Source: Strigamia acuminata
Lineage: Eukaryota
Assembly: GCA_949358305.1 (NCBI GenBank)
Contig: OX442314.1
Location: 20,832,001 to 20,896,000 of the forward strand
DNA: 64,000 nucleotides
Reading direction: 5' to 3'
In this document: piece by piece, positions 40,728-53,800 of the stretch
How positions within the stretch are numbered: the stretch's first letter is position 1
Layout of the letters: every line of letters begins with the position of its first letter
Made by a program: the position numbers and the translations under genes
The notes under the pieces: generated by a model
The model's input: the letters and a program-made list of their open reading frames with translations, nothing else
What the model was told of the DNA's origin: nothing
Database searches by the model: none

Positions 40728-42298
40728 TGTGACGGTTACACTGTCATACACTTTGCTAGTTAAAGACGATTATTTCGTCAATAGATGGCGTTCTCGTGTT
40801 TTAGCGGTAATTTTGAACTTCGATCATTTTTTAAGTAATTTAATATATAAATTATTATTTATATATTGAATTCACTTTAGTTTACAGTTATTAAACATGT
40901 TAATATGTTTTAAATGTTGTTTTATTCAGTTTACTACATAATTCTATTGAATTATGTATAAACCTCACACCTGGTGTAGATATCCCTCACTACCACTGTG
41001 AGTAGAATTCCATTACGGATTATAGTCGGAGACTTAATCCGAAATGTATCCTGTGTATCCGGTTCTTAGGACGGACCTAATAGAAGACTATGTCCTGGCT
41101 ATCCACTTCCTATAGCCTAGGATTGGAAGGATTTAGGTGACCAGTGATCCCATTGGATCAATGATTAGCCTATTGTCCAGTACGAGTATATATTCCGTGT
41201 AAACCGGAAATATCGAGCTCTTGTCCTGTTTTTGTTCTTGTTTGATACTGATATTACTTGAGCGCTATTATACTTCACGTCGATCCAACAGTCCGTTGTA
41301 GAATACCAGTTATTTAGTGTAAGCATCTAGAGTGAGTAGAAGACTCACAGACACACTGCCCGCCTCTTCATGCCAACATTCCGTTGTAGAAATCGTAAGT
41401 TTACTTGCATTTAAGTGTAGATTCTAGAGTGGGGTACAACCCACAGACACACTCCCTCCGCTTCATGCCAACATCCCGTTGTAGAATGTAGAATCTAGAG
41501 TGGAGTAAAATTCACAGACACATTGGTAATGTAGCATCTAGAGTGGAGTATTTATTATTTCACAGACGCATTATCAGGATAACCGAGCGGAGTAATTTCC
41601 CGGTTATTCTCCCGCCCGCCAGAACCGAGCGGAGTAATTTCCCGGTAATGGATAACCTTTCCTGCGAGAAACTGCTGATTCAATTCGATGTTGGACGATG
41701 GAACATCTAATTATTATTTTGATGTTGATTGCACTTGGGGCAAAAATAGCTCGGCGCTATTTTAATTTATCTTTCGTTTTCACAGTTATATAGTTCACGT
41801 CACGAATGTAATATCATGTTAAATTCTATTGAATTTACATGAATATTTATTCCAATTGTTTCGTCATGTTTATGACCGCGCTTTTGCAATTATTATCCAT
41901 ATAATAATTACAAGTGTGACGACTGCAGAAAAGTCAACCGCACCTCTCGGATATAATTCACCTAAGCCTAACCATTACACACCTTTCAGAACTAGCCCAG
42001 GAACCACGAAAATCCAGACTAAGATGACATCTTTTACGTCCTAACAATAAGACCGTTACCTATTCTTATTTGTTCGACTGAAAACCGCAAGTGATATTAT
42101 TATAGGGCTTTTGCCGACCGATTGTATAGTTTAACTTGCAGAATTTCGACCATTTGTCGGTCTAGTATTTATATAAAGTTCAAACCGGAATAAATTGTCA
42201 TATGATTTGAGAAATCACAAGCCTCCGTATTTTACACTTTCACACAAGTTCTCGCTCTAATTTTCTAGCAATTGTATCTCGCAAAGTCAATCGTCACA
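40728..42298. mobile_element. 1571-bp non-coding insertion, probable solo LTR (Ty3/gypsy- or BEL-like)
   Basis: Termini TGTGACGGTT...AATCGTCACA (TG..CA, 9/10 inverted), exact 4-bp target duplication AATG. The empty site (cttAATGtattttgg) is preserved in the paralogous copy at about 36774-36788. No ORF of note. Confidence 0.85.
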
Positions 42299-42609
42299 AA
42301 TGTATTTTGGTTTTTATTTCTTCTGTCATGTCTTTTAGGATGGGCAACTTGTAAAATATTGCAGCACTTTTTTAATTTATGTCAAATCAAATGTAAATCG
42401 GACAGAAACTCCAAAATATGCGTGTTTTCTGTTGGAAATTACTAATTGTGTAGCACAACCTTTTTTTTGTGTACTCCGTACAATATTTTAACTGCTCTGC
42501 ATTAGAACATCTTGAAAGTAATAAATTCTTGAAGCAGTGAATATAGTTCATCTAATCTTTATTTACTCATAGTTAATATATGGAGGTTACAATCAATAAG
42601 AACATGAAG

Positions 42610-45016
42610 TTAATCACCATTATCTTTTTTAATAAAATCAGCACATCGCTCGCCGACCATAACAGTTGGTACATTGACATTGCCAGTAATTTCAAGAGGA
42701 ATTATGGAAGCATCAGCAACACGCAGACCCTCAATACCATGGACACTAATTAAAAAGAAATAGATGTTAATACATACGGTAAACGTGTATTTCTATGAAC
42801 AATAATATGATTTAATTTAAACATACCGCAATCGTTCATCAACAACAGCTAGTGGATTTGTTTTCGGTCCCATAGTACAAGTAGCAACAGTGTGGTAAAA
42901 GTTGATGGTTGTTTGTTGAGCAAGGCAAGCATAATAATCATTTGACAAGTGAGCGTGGTGTGCACATTGAGGCATCACAACTGGTGTAAATGTTATGTTG
43001 TTCTTTTTGAACCCTTTCGTTTGAGTGAGTTGCACAGACAAACGAATTCCTTCAGCCATCACTTTAAGATCTTGGCCTTCTTCGTCACCAAATAAGCGTG
43101 GGTCTATAATTGGAAGATCGTGTGGATTAGCACTCCTCAATTTCACTTCACCTCGTGACTTTGGACGCAGTAACATGGGATAAAACGAAATAATCGTTTT
43201 TCCAAGAATTTTTTTGAAATAACCATCCCACACCTGAAAATAATGAAAAGAAAAATACTAAGATTCAAACAAAAGCAAATGTTAGTAAAAATAATTACAT
43301 CATCACAAATGTTGTACAGTTCTTTAGTGGCCGCGAGTCCAAATGACGGAACCAGTAGATAAACCAATTGAATATCGGGAAAATCTTTGCTTTTGTCAGC
43401 ATAAATTGAGTTAACAAAAGACATTCCTTGCAAACCGACGGGTGATGAAAGGGATCCTTCAAAAAAGCAACAAATTATACATTTTAAATCTTCGGAATTA
43501 CACCTCATGTAAAGATTACCTGTGCTGTCTAATGCGTATTCAACTACCGATCTTTCCAATGCTGAATCACCCGTAGGACTTGCAAACTTTTGATCAACAT
43601 CAAATAAAACTGCAGCACTGCTAACGTGGTCTTGCATGTTCTGTCCGACGCCTGGAAGATTGTGAACTAGTGGAATCTAATTCAAAAATTATAGTAGGTC
43701 ATTTTAACTCTCTATACATTTCCATAAATACAAAATACTTTATGTTCTTGAAGGTGGTCTTGGGGTCCAATTCCAGATAACATTAAGATTTGAGGTGACG
43801 AGTAAGCACCAGCAGATAAAACAATTTCTTTCTTGGCTAAAACAACGAATTTGTCCCGTCCCTTTTCAAATTCAACACCGAACGCTTTCTTTTTGTCATC
43901 AACCAGGATCTATAATTAAATTATCAGTCATATTCTACATCTGACAACAGTGCGACTAAGCTGACCTTAGTTACGAAAGAGTTTAAAGACACTACTAAAT
44001 TAGGTCTAAACTGAGCTGTTTTAAGGAATGCTTTAGCGGAGCTGCATCTAGTTCCATTTCTTACGGTTGCTTGAACGTACGAGTACCCTTTAAAATGGCC
44101 AAACATAAAATCCAGGTTATTTATTTAAGTCAAGATGTTTTAAGTACCGCAAGAGAATAAATATACCTGTTTGTTTTGGTCCATTGTAATCTACTTTCTC
44201 GTATCCAAGTTCTACTCCAGCCTCTAAAAAGTTCTCAGATAACTCAGTGCCTACACCGATGTAATTAACACTCAGAGATCCATCACGATTGTGAACTTTG
44301 TCTAAATTACAATCAATTTCACATTAATTTGAGATTAGCATCTGATGAAATGTTCGCTTTACCAGAATCAGGATATATAAAAGGGCTTTGAAAGTTTTCC
44401 GATTTGAGAAAAAATGGATTGTTCTCTTCGTAGGACCAGCCCTTAATTCCCAAACCCTCCCATTGCGCATAATCATTTCGATTACCACGTACGTACATCA
44501 TGTAATGGAGTGCTGAAGACCCACCGACAACCTTTCCTCGCGGCAATGTGCTTTCCTATAATTACAAGTTAAATCAAGTCAATAACTCATTAAGTTAAAG
44601 GACTTAAGAATTAATTACTTTGTTGCATAAACCAAAATTAGCGGTTTCTTGCGGAGTACTTCTATATTGCCAATCGATGTCTGACATCTGACCCGCCATA
44701 GCTAACGTGGGAATATCAGTGAGAACGGTATCATCGCCACCAGCTTCCAGGATGAGAACGCTGACTTTCCGATTTTCAGAGAGACGATTGGCAACAACGG
44801 ATCCGGCACCACCAGCACCAACTGCAAAAATAAGCGTTACTTCAAACTGTTAAAAAAAAAACCCGAAGCATACTTACTGACTACATAGTCGTATTCTAAT
44901 GCGATGGATTTTTCCACGATTCGGTGTTTGTAGTCGTTTATCACCAAAAAAATAAAAGCAGGAATGTAAATAAAAGCTTTAACTAAACCAGCGAACAAGC
45001 TATTGAACACAGCCAT
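42610..45016 (-). CDS. GMC oxidoreductase (glucose dehydrogenase [FAD, quinone]-like), tandem copy B
   Basis: Same exon structure and motifs as copy A, with canonical LEAGG, DWQY and KAFL; stop at 42610; an in-frame upstream ATG at 45106 could add 30 aa. Confidence 0.92.
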
Positions 45017-46366
45017 CTTCCAAGCAGAAGCAAAGTTGATGTGCTCAACGAGGAGAAACGGCAGGTATTTATACCAAATCACAGCATTTAGAAAAACACT
45101 CGTCATTAAAACTTAATCACTTTAATTGCTACACAATTTGTTTTCGTCTAAATTGAACGAATCAAAAACCATTTGGCCAATTAATTAATAAAGGATGATG
45201 ACTAGATTCTTTGCTTCGCGTGAAAGGTAAGAGATCGTCTATGGTAAAGTTGTTTTAGTTGTGCAAATTTTAAAATACAACAAACACACAAAATGCAATG
45301 TACTAATAAATTTATTAAGCATTCTTAAACTTTGACTAAATTCTCACCTAACAACTAGATATAAGAAACAAAATTACATTGCAGTTTTGATTGTCTCAAA
45401 AATTATAACTGTAACAAAACAAACGTATTAGTATTTTCAATATTCAATTTTTTTTCTCATACTTATTGCTGGAATAAGAACACAAAAATGTATTAGTTTC
45501 CTTTCACATGTTCATTATAAGAAATAGACAATTTTAGTACGTGCAAATTACAGAAATCACCGTTTATACAAATGATGTAAGGCAGGTTATGAAGGATTAG
45601 CAAAAGTCTCTACAGAAAATGAAACAAACGATACAAACCGATTCTCATTTAACAATATACTGTTAAATGCTGTTTTCTTTTTAGATAAACTTTTTTAAAA
45701 CTTTTCTGAGTAGCAAAACATTAGCTTATCTATGAATTAAATTTTTTTAATTTAATAATAAAATAACAATAACTGAAATTCGGTAAGAGACTCCCATTAG
45801 AATTGAAAAAATTTTACAAAGTAGAGTTAATTGAATAAGATCAATGTTATTAAATATCTAAGTAATATATTAAAATTTTTAAAATTTATGGATTTAAAAT
45901 TTAAATACACACATCTAGAGAAATGTAAATATATTAAAAAAAATTTAGAAAAAAAATAAAACCAATTAAGTAATAAAATTCAATCACCATTCACTCCTCC
46001 TTTATTCTCCGTGTAATAAAATAAATCCCATCACTCTCCATACGATTAAAACTGTTCTGCAATATCTTTATACCCTGTTATTACACCTGGAATAAGATAA
46101 TTGTCTTAACCAGACATTTAAATATTTCTATCTATATAAGAAAAACACGAAAAACGGAAAAAAAACAAAAAAAAAACAAAAAAAACGAGGATCTATAACA
46201 ATTATGCACACGTAACAAGATTAACTTCTAAACGATTCAGTTAGTACTTTAAAAATATACACACATTTAACTAGAATATAGATCTATTTAGTGTCTCTCG
46301 TATTCATGTGCAAAAATATATACAGCAATAGTGCAGAAATTGTAAATAAAACTGCAAGAGAAAAAT

Positions 46367-46394
46367 ATAATAATAATAATAATAATAATAATAA
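46367..46394. repeat. (TAA)n microsatellite
   Basis: About nine consecutive TAA units. Confidence 0.85.
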
Positions 46395-47891
46395 GTATTA
46401 TAATTATATATAACGTAATATAATAAACTGGTTATTTCACAATCCTATACAAGAAGTTTCAAAGAAACTACACAATATAATGGAGCAGAAGCTGGTCTTA
46501 AAAGCTCCACTTAGTTTTTTTTCTTTAAATTTAAATATAAATTTAAATTTTCGATTGAGTGTAGATAATTTTACAAGTAAAATTAACTAAAAATGACATC
46601 ATTTCATCAGGCGTAACACTAACTATTTTTAATGCTGCTTGAATAATATGGTTCTTAAGTATCCTGTTTTATTTGCTGAGCCAGCAGACAACTTTTACGT
46701 AAATTAACATTTTTTTTCCAAAAAGAAAACACCGTTCTAGCAACCCTTAAAGGCACTCTTTTATGCAAATATTGCAATTTTTTTTAAAAACTTTTGTTTT
46801 AATACTTGCACAATGCATCACACATTTCTTCCATAAATGATGAAAAAATAATATTTATTTTAAACTGAAAAAACGAATAAATAATAGCCAATAACAAATC
46901 ATGAACAATATTCAGTGAAATTTCAATAAAAACAATTTCAAACTGTTTATTTTACAACCAATAGACGGTAATTCACTCACTCAAAGAAGTTTGTTTTGAT
47001 GCATTATGCGTATTAAAAATAATGAACAACAATCATAATATCAATATCACCCTGAGTCACAACATTCCTGAACCTTAAAAATATCAAACAAGGAACTGCA
47101 GCATAATACAATTCTAAACACTTAAAAGAAAAAATGAAGCAAAAGTAAACAAAAGAAAAATAAGAGCAATCAATCAATGATGAATAATCTACCGAACAGA
47201 TATTATCTACAAGGATCTGTACTGAATAGTACGATAGCTGCCTAAATAGACTATGAAATAACACTGTTACAAGTTATTTAGTTAAAGCATTAGTTTCCCC
47301 TTTTAAGATTAATATTTCATAAAATGTGTTTTAGTATGTAACAATTATTTACAGGTTCATGCCGTAGTTATAACTGTGCACGAAATGAATGTGTAATAAC
47401 TTGATACCTAAATAAAAGCATTTTCGCAACTCGGTAAAGATTTTTACACTTCTAAAATCTTATATCTTTTCAAACCTCTTTCCATGAACAATTATTTATA
47501 CACTGTACAAACTAAAATGAATGTATTAATTGGGTATTCTAAGAACGAGTTTTTTCTCTCATTATTTTTATACGGTACATCAAAGAATGGATTTAAATTC
47601 TACACTTATATAAAATTCAAACGGGCTTATTTAATCGAAAATATTTAAACTCCTGAAAATTCAGGTGTCTTATTTATTTTTGTAAGGCTGTGAGCAGGTG
47701 ATTGATGCAGTATAAAGACACTCTACAATAAGCTAAAGCTCTATTTTTGAAAAAATAGCTGAGCTGTTATGAAAAAGCCTTCGATAAAATTGTCTTAACA
47801 ACCTTATTTTTATAAAAAAAAAATATTTTTCAAAATTTACAAGTGCAGTTTGGAATGTTTTTCGTATGAATACAATCGGGTGTCCAATCGG

Positions 47892-50800
47892 TCACACTGC
47901 TGTTTCTTGATCTTCAGACACGACCATTTGAAAGTGTTCTTGACCTAGGATACAATATTTGTTTACATTAATACCGTAAGATGTAACCAATCAATTTTTT
48001 GAGTTGACCAATATATAATTATAGCCATCTTTAAAGTGTGTAAAAAAGAATTGCAATTTAATTGGTACAATTTTCAAAATACATTATTTTTTATTACCGC
48101 TGAAAACTCAATCCCAACTAAAAACCAATATTTGCTGACAGTAATCATCTACCAGATACCCTAACCAAATTAATAAAATTGTATTTATCATTCCACAATA
48201 AGCAGGACAAAAACCACAAATTATATCAAGTTAATCTTTACTTTGGGACATTGGACCTTTCACTCTTGCACGAGATGAAATAAAAAGTTTAATTTTTTTT
48301 ATTCTTGGTCCTTAATTCAACTAATCTGCTCTTTGTAAGAATTTTACCGTTATTATGTAATGTGATGAATTCTACGTGTTTACGAACCAGTTGAAACAAG
48401 ATTATAATGTTTTAACTTTTAATGTTAGCCACCAATCCTTTTATTAAATAGATTATTGAATTATGGTTAAACTTCTAAGTAGAACAGTTTAAGTTTAAGT
48501 TTCTGTACTTAATAATCGAAAAATCATAAGAAACAACATAGTAACAATTAATTATTTAATAGTAGTCTAGTCTAAACTACTCTTCATTTCATCAAGTGCA
48601 AGGTAATCTTGCTGCCAATCAAATCAGATCAAGTTTTCACCAACTGGAAGCAGTATTCCTAGGGTGTTGCAAAATCATAATTTTTATATAGCTAGGATTA
48701 GCCGAAACATCTCAACTTTTTTGCACGCTACTTGATAATTTAAGAGTTAATCACGAATCGAAAAAAAGCAAATGAAAAAAGTGTAATCAAGTATGAATTG
48801 ACGGTATTAAAAAAGCATAGGCCTACTTAGCACTAGCTATTTAATTTTAATTTTAATTTTAATTTTTAATTTAAAAAAATAATTGGCAGTGGCGTCTATG
48901 AGATTTTGGGGATTGCAAATAAATAAATTAAATAATAGCTCGTCATCCCTTAGACTGAAATGCCTTTCCTCATGGGGATCCTGGATTCTGGTCAATTACA
49001 GCCAGCAGTCTGGCGTGTGATATAAAAAGACGCCCAGTGCTGAAATTTTAAGGTGGAACTCCTCAAGCGCAAAGAAAAAAAGTTGATATTGATAAAAAAA
49101 AAATTACGACATAGTTTCCCAACTCCAAATATAATTTTCTTCAACACTTATTTTTCGGTAATTCAAAATGGCAGATGTCTATAAAGAAGCGGTATTATAA
49201 ATTCTCGCAATTCTCGTAGGAGAAGGGCCCCATGTGGCTGCAAGGACCTCTTAATTCCAATAAAGTAGCTACTCATTACTAACAGTTGTATGGTAGTTAA
49301 GTTAGTTTAGAAGATCGAATTTTAGACAAAAATGTGCTAATGCAGCCTGCCATAAAAAAGGAAATAAACGCGAAAGGATCATCATTCAATGGAAACTGAT
49401 TACGTAAACCTTTTTATCAAATTTTGTCAGTTTTTTACTCCGCGATCCCTATAAACGAACGCATTTGCCTTTTGATGACTTTCCCCGAGGGGGCCGTCCA
49501 TAAATTACGTAACGCACCAAAGGGGGCGGGGAGGGGTTTCAAAGTTTGTTAGATTCCATGTAAAAAAAAAATTTAATTTTTAATAACGAAAATATAAGTA
49601 TTTTTTATATGATTTTGGAAAAGTTTGTAGGGGGGGAGGGGGGGTGATTTAAATTTGTTACGTAATTAGGGAGTTGGGGGGTTCGAAAATTTGTTATGAC
49701 CATGTTACAGAAGGGGGAGAGGGGGTCTAAAAATCCAAAATTTTGCTTTACGTAATTTATGGACGGCCCCTAGGTACTTTCATGATTGCCTTGCTGGCCC
49801 TATGTGAATTCCTAACCCAATCGAGCTATTTCAAACGTATATATTCAGCAATTTGGCAATTTAATCTTGCAATTTTCCTTTCTCATTCAATCAATATATG
49901 CCAGTAGTGCAAAATTAATCAACATTTACTTTCTAAGTAAGCTGCCAGCTCCTTATCTTCTGCCTTCAATGCTTGTTGCCTGGATGTCATACACTAAACC
50001 AGACCTTTATAAATTTACATTCCATTCTTCTATATTTCAGAAACACTCACCTGATTATCAATTATTGTAAGTGAAGCACCTGCAGCTACCAGCATACAAC
50101 AAATCGTTCTTCGTTTGTAAGCGGCAGCCTTGTGAAGAGCAGTTTGACCTCTATAAAAAAAATTAACTTTAGTTTTCAAATATTTAATAATAGAGAAACA
50201 ATCGTCATATCATATCTTTCAGAAAATATCACAAATGACTTTTTGATTTCATTCAAATTTCGAATGAGCTTACTTTAAGTTTATGTGTGCTACGCCCTGA
50301 TTTAATTATTCTTATTACAGATTTAAACTACTATTGATTTACGATCTTCTGTTTCTGCAAACCTATTGTAGGTAACACATTGGCTTACGTGAATCTGGAT
50401 CTTCCCAGTAGTTCAAAAACATAACAGGATTTAGATAAATGGGAGTGTAAATATTGCGCACATCAGGCTGATTTATAACTGAATAGTTGTGACATGAGCA
50501 AAATTTTAGTTAAGACGACATTTTGTGTTTCACGTGTCAATGGGCTCGTGTGCAGGTTGGGTTGATGAGCTCTTTAGCAAAGCCATAGGTAAGACTTTTG
50601 CTATTTGGTCAGATAAGTAGTTGCTATTTTCATTCTCCATGGACTCCCTAGACTCGTTGTGAGCATTGCGTTCTCCCTGGGGATCATTTATCTTGATTTG
50701 TCCTATATATATATCAGATTTGTTTGAATAAAGTTAGTCTAGTTTGGACAACCAACTAAAGTGGTTGTCTTTATTCTTCTCACATAGCGCAGTCGACAGG

Positions 50801-53800
50801 ATGCGCTGCATCTTTGATTACTGCACCATTGCATATTTTAATTTAGATGCTAGTTTGAATTTTATTTTCTAATATATGGTTTTCATATGGAATGACGCTG
50901 TTTTGAATCAGATTTTTAAATTTGAATGTCATTCTGAATTTCTTATTAAACTATGTACATTATTTTAACTTTGATCTCCAAAATATTTGAAAATTTTCTT
51001 AAATATAAATGCCATTTTAAATTTTTTGTAACTTTGGACGCCATTCAGAATGTTACAAGAATTAAAAATCCTTTCGTAATGCACAGCCTGTTAGGTAACT
51101 AACAGCGACGCAAAATTACTTCAAAGATTTTGACTTTGAACCGGAATAAGTTTGAATTTCACCAGAATTTGCTTCAAAATGGAATTGATGCAAAAAAGAA
51201 TAAATTTGAAAATAATTAGTTCGTATTTCAACGATCTGAATTTGAAACGAAAATGGGAATAGATTCGAAACGGAACAACTGTGTGATGTATTCGTGTGTG
51301 CATAACAATGAGAAAACTGCAACTGAACAAACTATTCATCCTTCGATTCAAACTATCTTTTAACTTAGAAAGTGAAAATAAACACGGGTTGACGGGACTT
51401 CTATTATAGTAACAACTAAGAAAAAAAAATTATACTTGCTTGTCTTTGTCTACCATGTTTAAAATTGTAGGTGGCGCTGTATGAAAAAAAAATTACCAAA
51501 ATCAAATTATTAAAAAAAAAAAAAACACCATACAATCATAAATATACCACTAGCGATGAGGTAGCGAACAATATCTTTAAATCCATGGCGTGCAGCATGA
51601 TGAAGTGATGTCATACCAAATTGATCAACAGATAGAAGACTGAAGCCCATGGAATGTAATTCTTTCAACTATTATGTCGTACAGAATCACAATTCAAGTT
51701 AATACGACAATATTGTCTCATCATTCAGAGATTAGGTACGTGTCAAACTTACAAGTTTCAGATCGCCAGTCCTACCAGCCCTGATGATATCTACATTAAA
51801 GGGACAAAATAAAAGCTTAAGGTTTGAGTCATGAGAAGTTCAGATTAAAGAAATAAAAGGAGAAAAATGGAAAATGTTAAATGATATACGTAAGAGAAGG
51901 AATTAAATAAGATAAATAAAAAACAAAAACTAAAGCGTCTTAAAATAAAAATACCAAAAGAAATAAAAAGTAAAAAATGAAAAAATAAAATAAAAATCCA
52001 TTGTACCTTCAGAATATTTTTCTTGTGGGGAACTGTAAAATTCAACGGGGAACAAAATTAATTCATATACTTTAACTAGTCTTAATAACCCATAAAATTA
52101 AACAGAAGCAACAAATTTAAATGAAAACGTAAGAACAAAAGAAACGAAATTAAAAAACGAAAAAATTTAAAACTCCCCATTCTTGATTGAGGCAATAAAT
52201 CACACTTGATTACCTCAAAAAATCATCGGATTGAGTTTCAGTCCTCTGAATTGTTTCATTCTCATCTGATAAAGTTGCACTTGCAGCCGCAGAAATGCTT
52301 TCCCCTGGTTCATTAGCAGTGCTGCTAGGTAACGGGTCAGAGGATCTTTCTGGTATCAGCAGATCTGGATCAAGAATGTAAAGTTCCTCACAAGAAATGT
52401 CTGTAACGTAATGTAAATGCTCTTGTGCCCGGTCGATACGAAAAAACCTCTCAGCTGTACAAGCTTTAAAAATCAAACACTGGTAAGTACATTACAAAAA
52501 TAGAACAACGAGTTTCTTACAATCTAAAAAACACCAATCAGACGATAATTTTTGACTCCAACCATTGCTATTAGCAGATAGTGAAATATCCTTTGAATAA
52601 ATAAATAAATAAATAAATGAATTAGTGGTTTCAACAAAATCGATTGTAGAAATTATTTACTGCTTGAAGACGGTTGATATGAATTCGTATATGATCTAAA
52701 TCTGTGTCTTGGTCAACTACAATAATGCCCAGTGGAATTGCTGCAAAATTGATTCATTTAAGCATTTTATACTTCTTCAATAGTCACTTTAACAAAAATC
52801 TTACATGCTTTCCGTAAACGTTCCTTATCATAATGATAATTCTCATAATCAGACATTGTAATTCGACTGACTTGTAACCGCAGTCGTTCCAATGGTTGTT
52901 GACTGCGCAAATAAATGTAACAAAAAAATTACAATAAAAAAATATTATTTTAGCAAAAAATTATATCTACTTATTACATTTATTAAATGTATTGTAAAAA
53001 TAAGGAATTAAATACTTACGTGTTTGGCCTGCTACCAATTTGCTATTTAAAAAACAAATAAAAATAAAAATAATTAAAGTAAACGAATCCATAAAATCTC
53101 AGTTGCCATGACAACCTACTTTAGCTTTGGCCACCATATTGACTTGATTAAGGTGTGTTAGCTCGATCACAGAAGGCGCCAGTTTGCATGGTTCACCATC
53201 AACTTGCATTGGAATGGTACGAGTGGTAACTAGGCGAGCATGTTTACATTGTGCCAAACACGTACCGTGCCCACCTGCTTGTAAAAGAGGCTACAAAATA
53301 AACACAAACAAAATATACGATATAAAATTCTGTAGAAATAAGGAAATCAAACAAAATTAAAAGCATTTTCCACATCATCATCCAATATTATCACATTAAA
53401 TTTTGTAAATAAACAAAAAAGCAAACACTGTAACGGACTCGGATGTGCAGCTAAACAAATACCATATCATGGAAATGGATCAAATAAAAAATGTAAAGAA
53501 TATAAATAATTCAGAAAACATTTCGCACAATTTTTTTGAGCCAGTAGATCCACGCAATGGAAATAACATTTTTATTATTATTCTATTTTTTTTCCCCGCT
53601 CAAATTCATAAATAAATGGCTTCATCCGATACATTAAAACAAATTAAAATACTGTCATGCCAAAGAAAAGACATGAATATAAATATTACATCCGGAAATG
53701 AATAAAAATAATCCTCGTCTGCAGAATAAATGTCAATCAATAATCGAAGACGAATCCAATAAAAATAATGGGAATTACAAAGGGGATGTTTGAATCTCAA

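Larger units (their letters stand above)
36715..45490. repeat. Recent tandem segmental duplication (unit of about 3.2 kb: 36715-39950 and 40660-45490 including the insertion)
   Basis: Introns, downstream and upstream flanks align almost base for base between the copies. Confidence 0.95.

Noticed and set aside
41290..41650. Repeat-spacer-like array resembling CRISPR
   Set aside because: Eukaryotic context, no cas genes, irregular unit lengths, and the variable parts are hairpin loops inside a transposon-like insertion.
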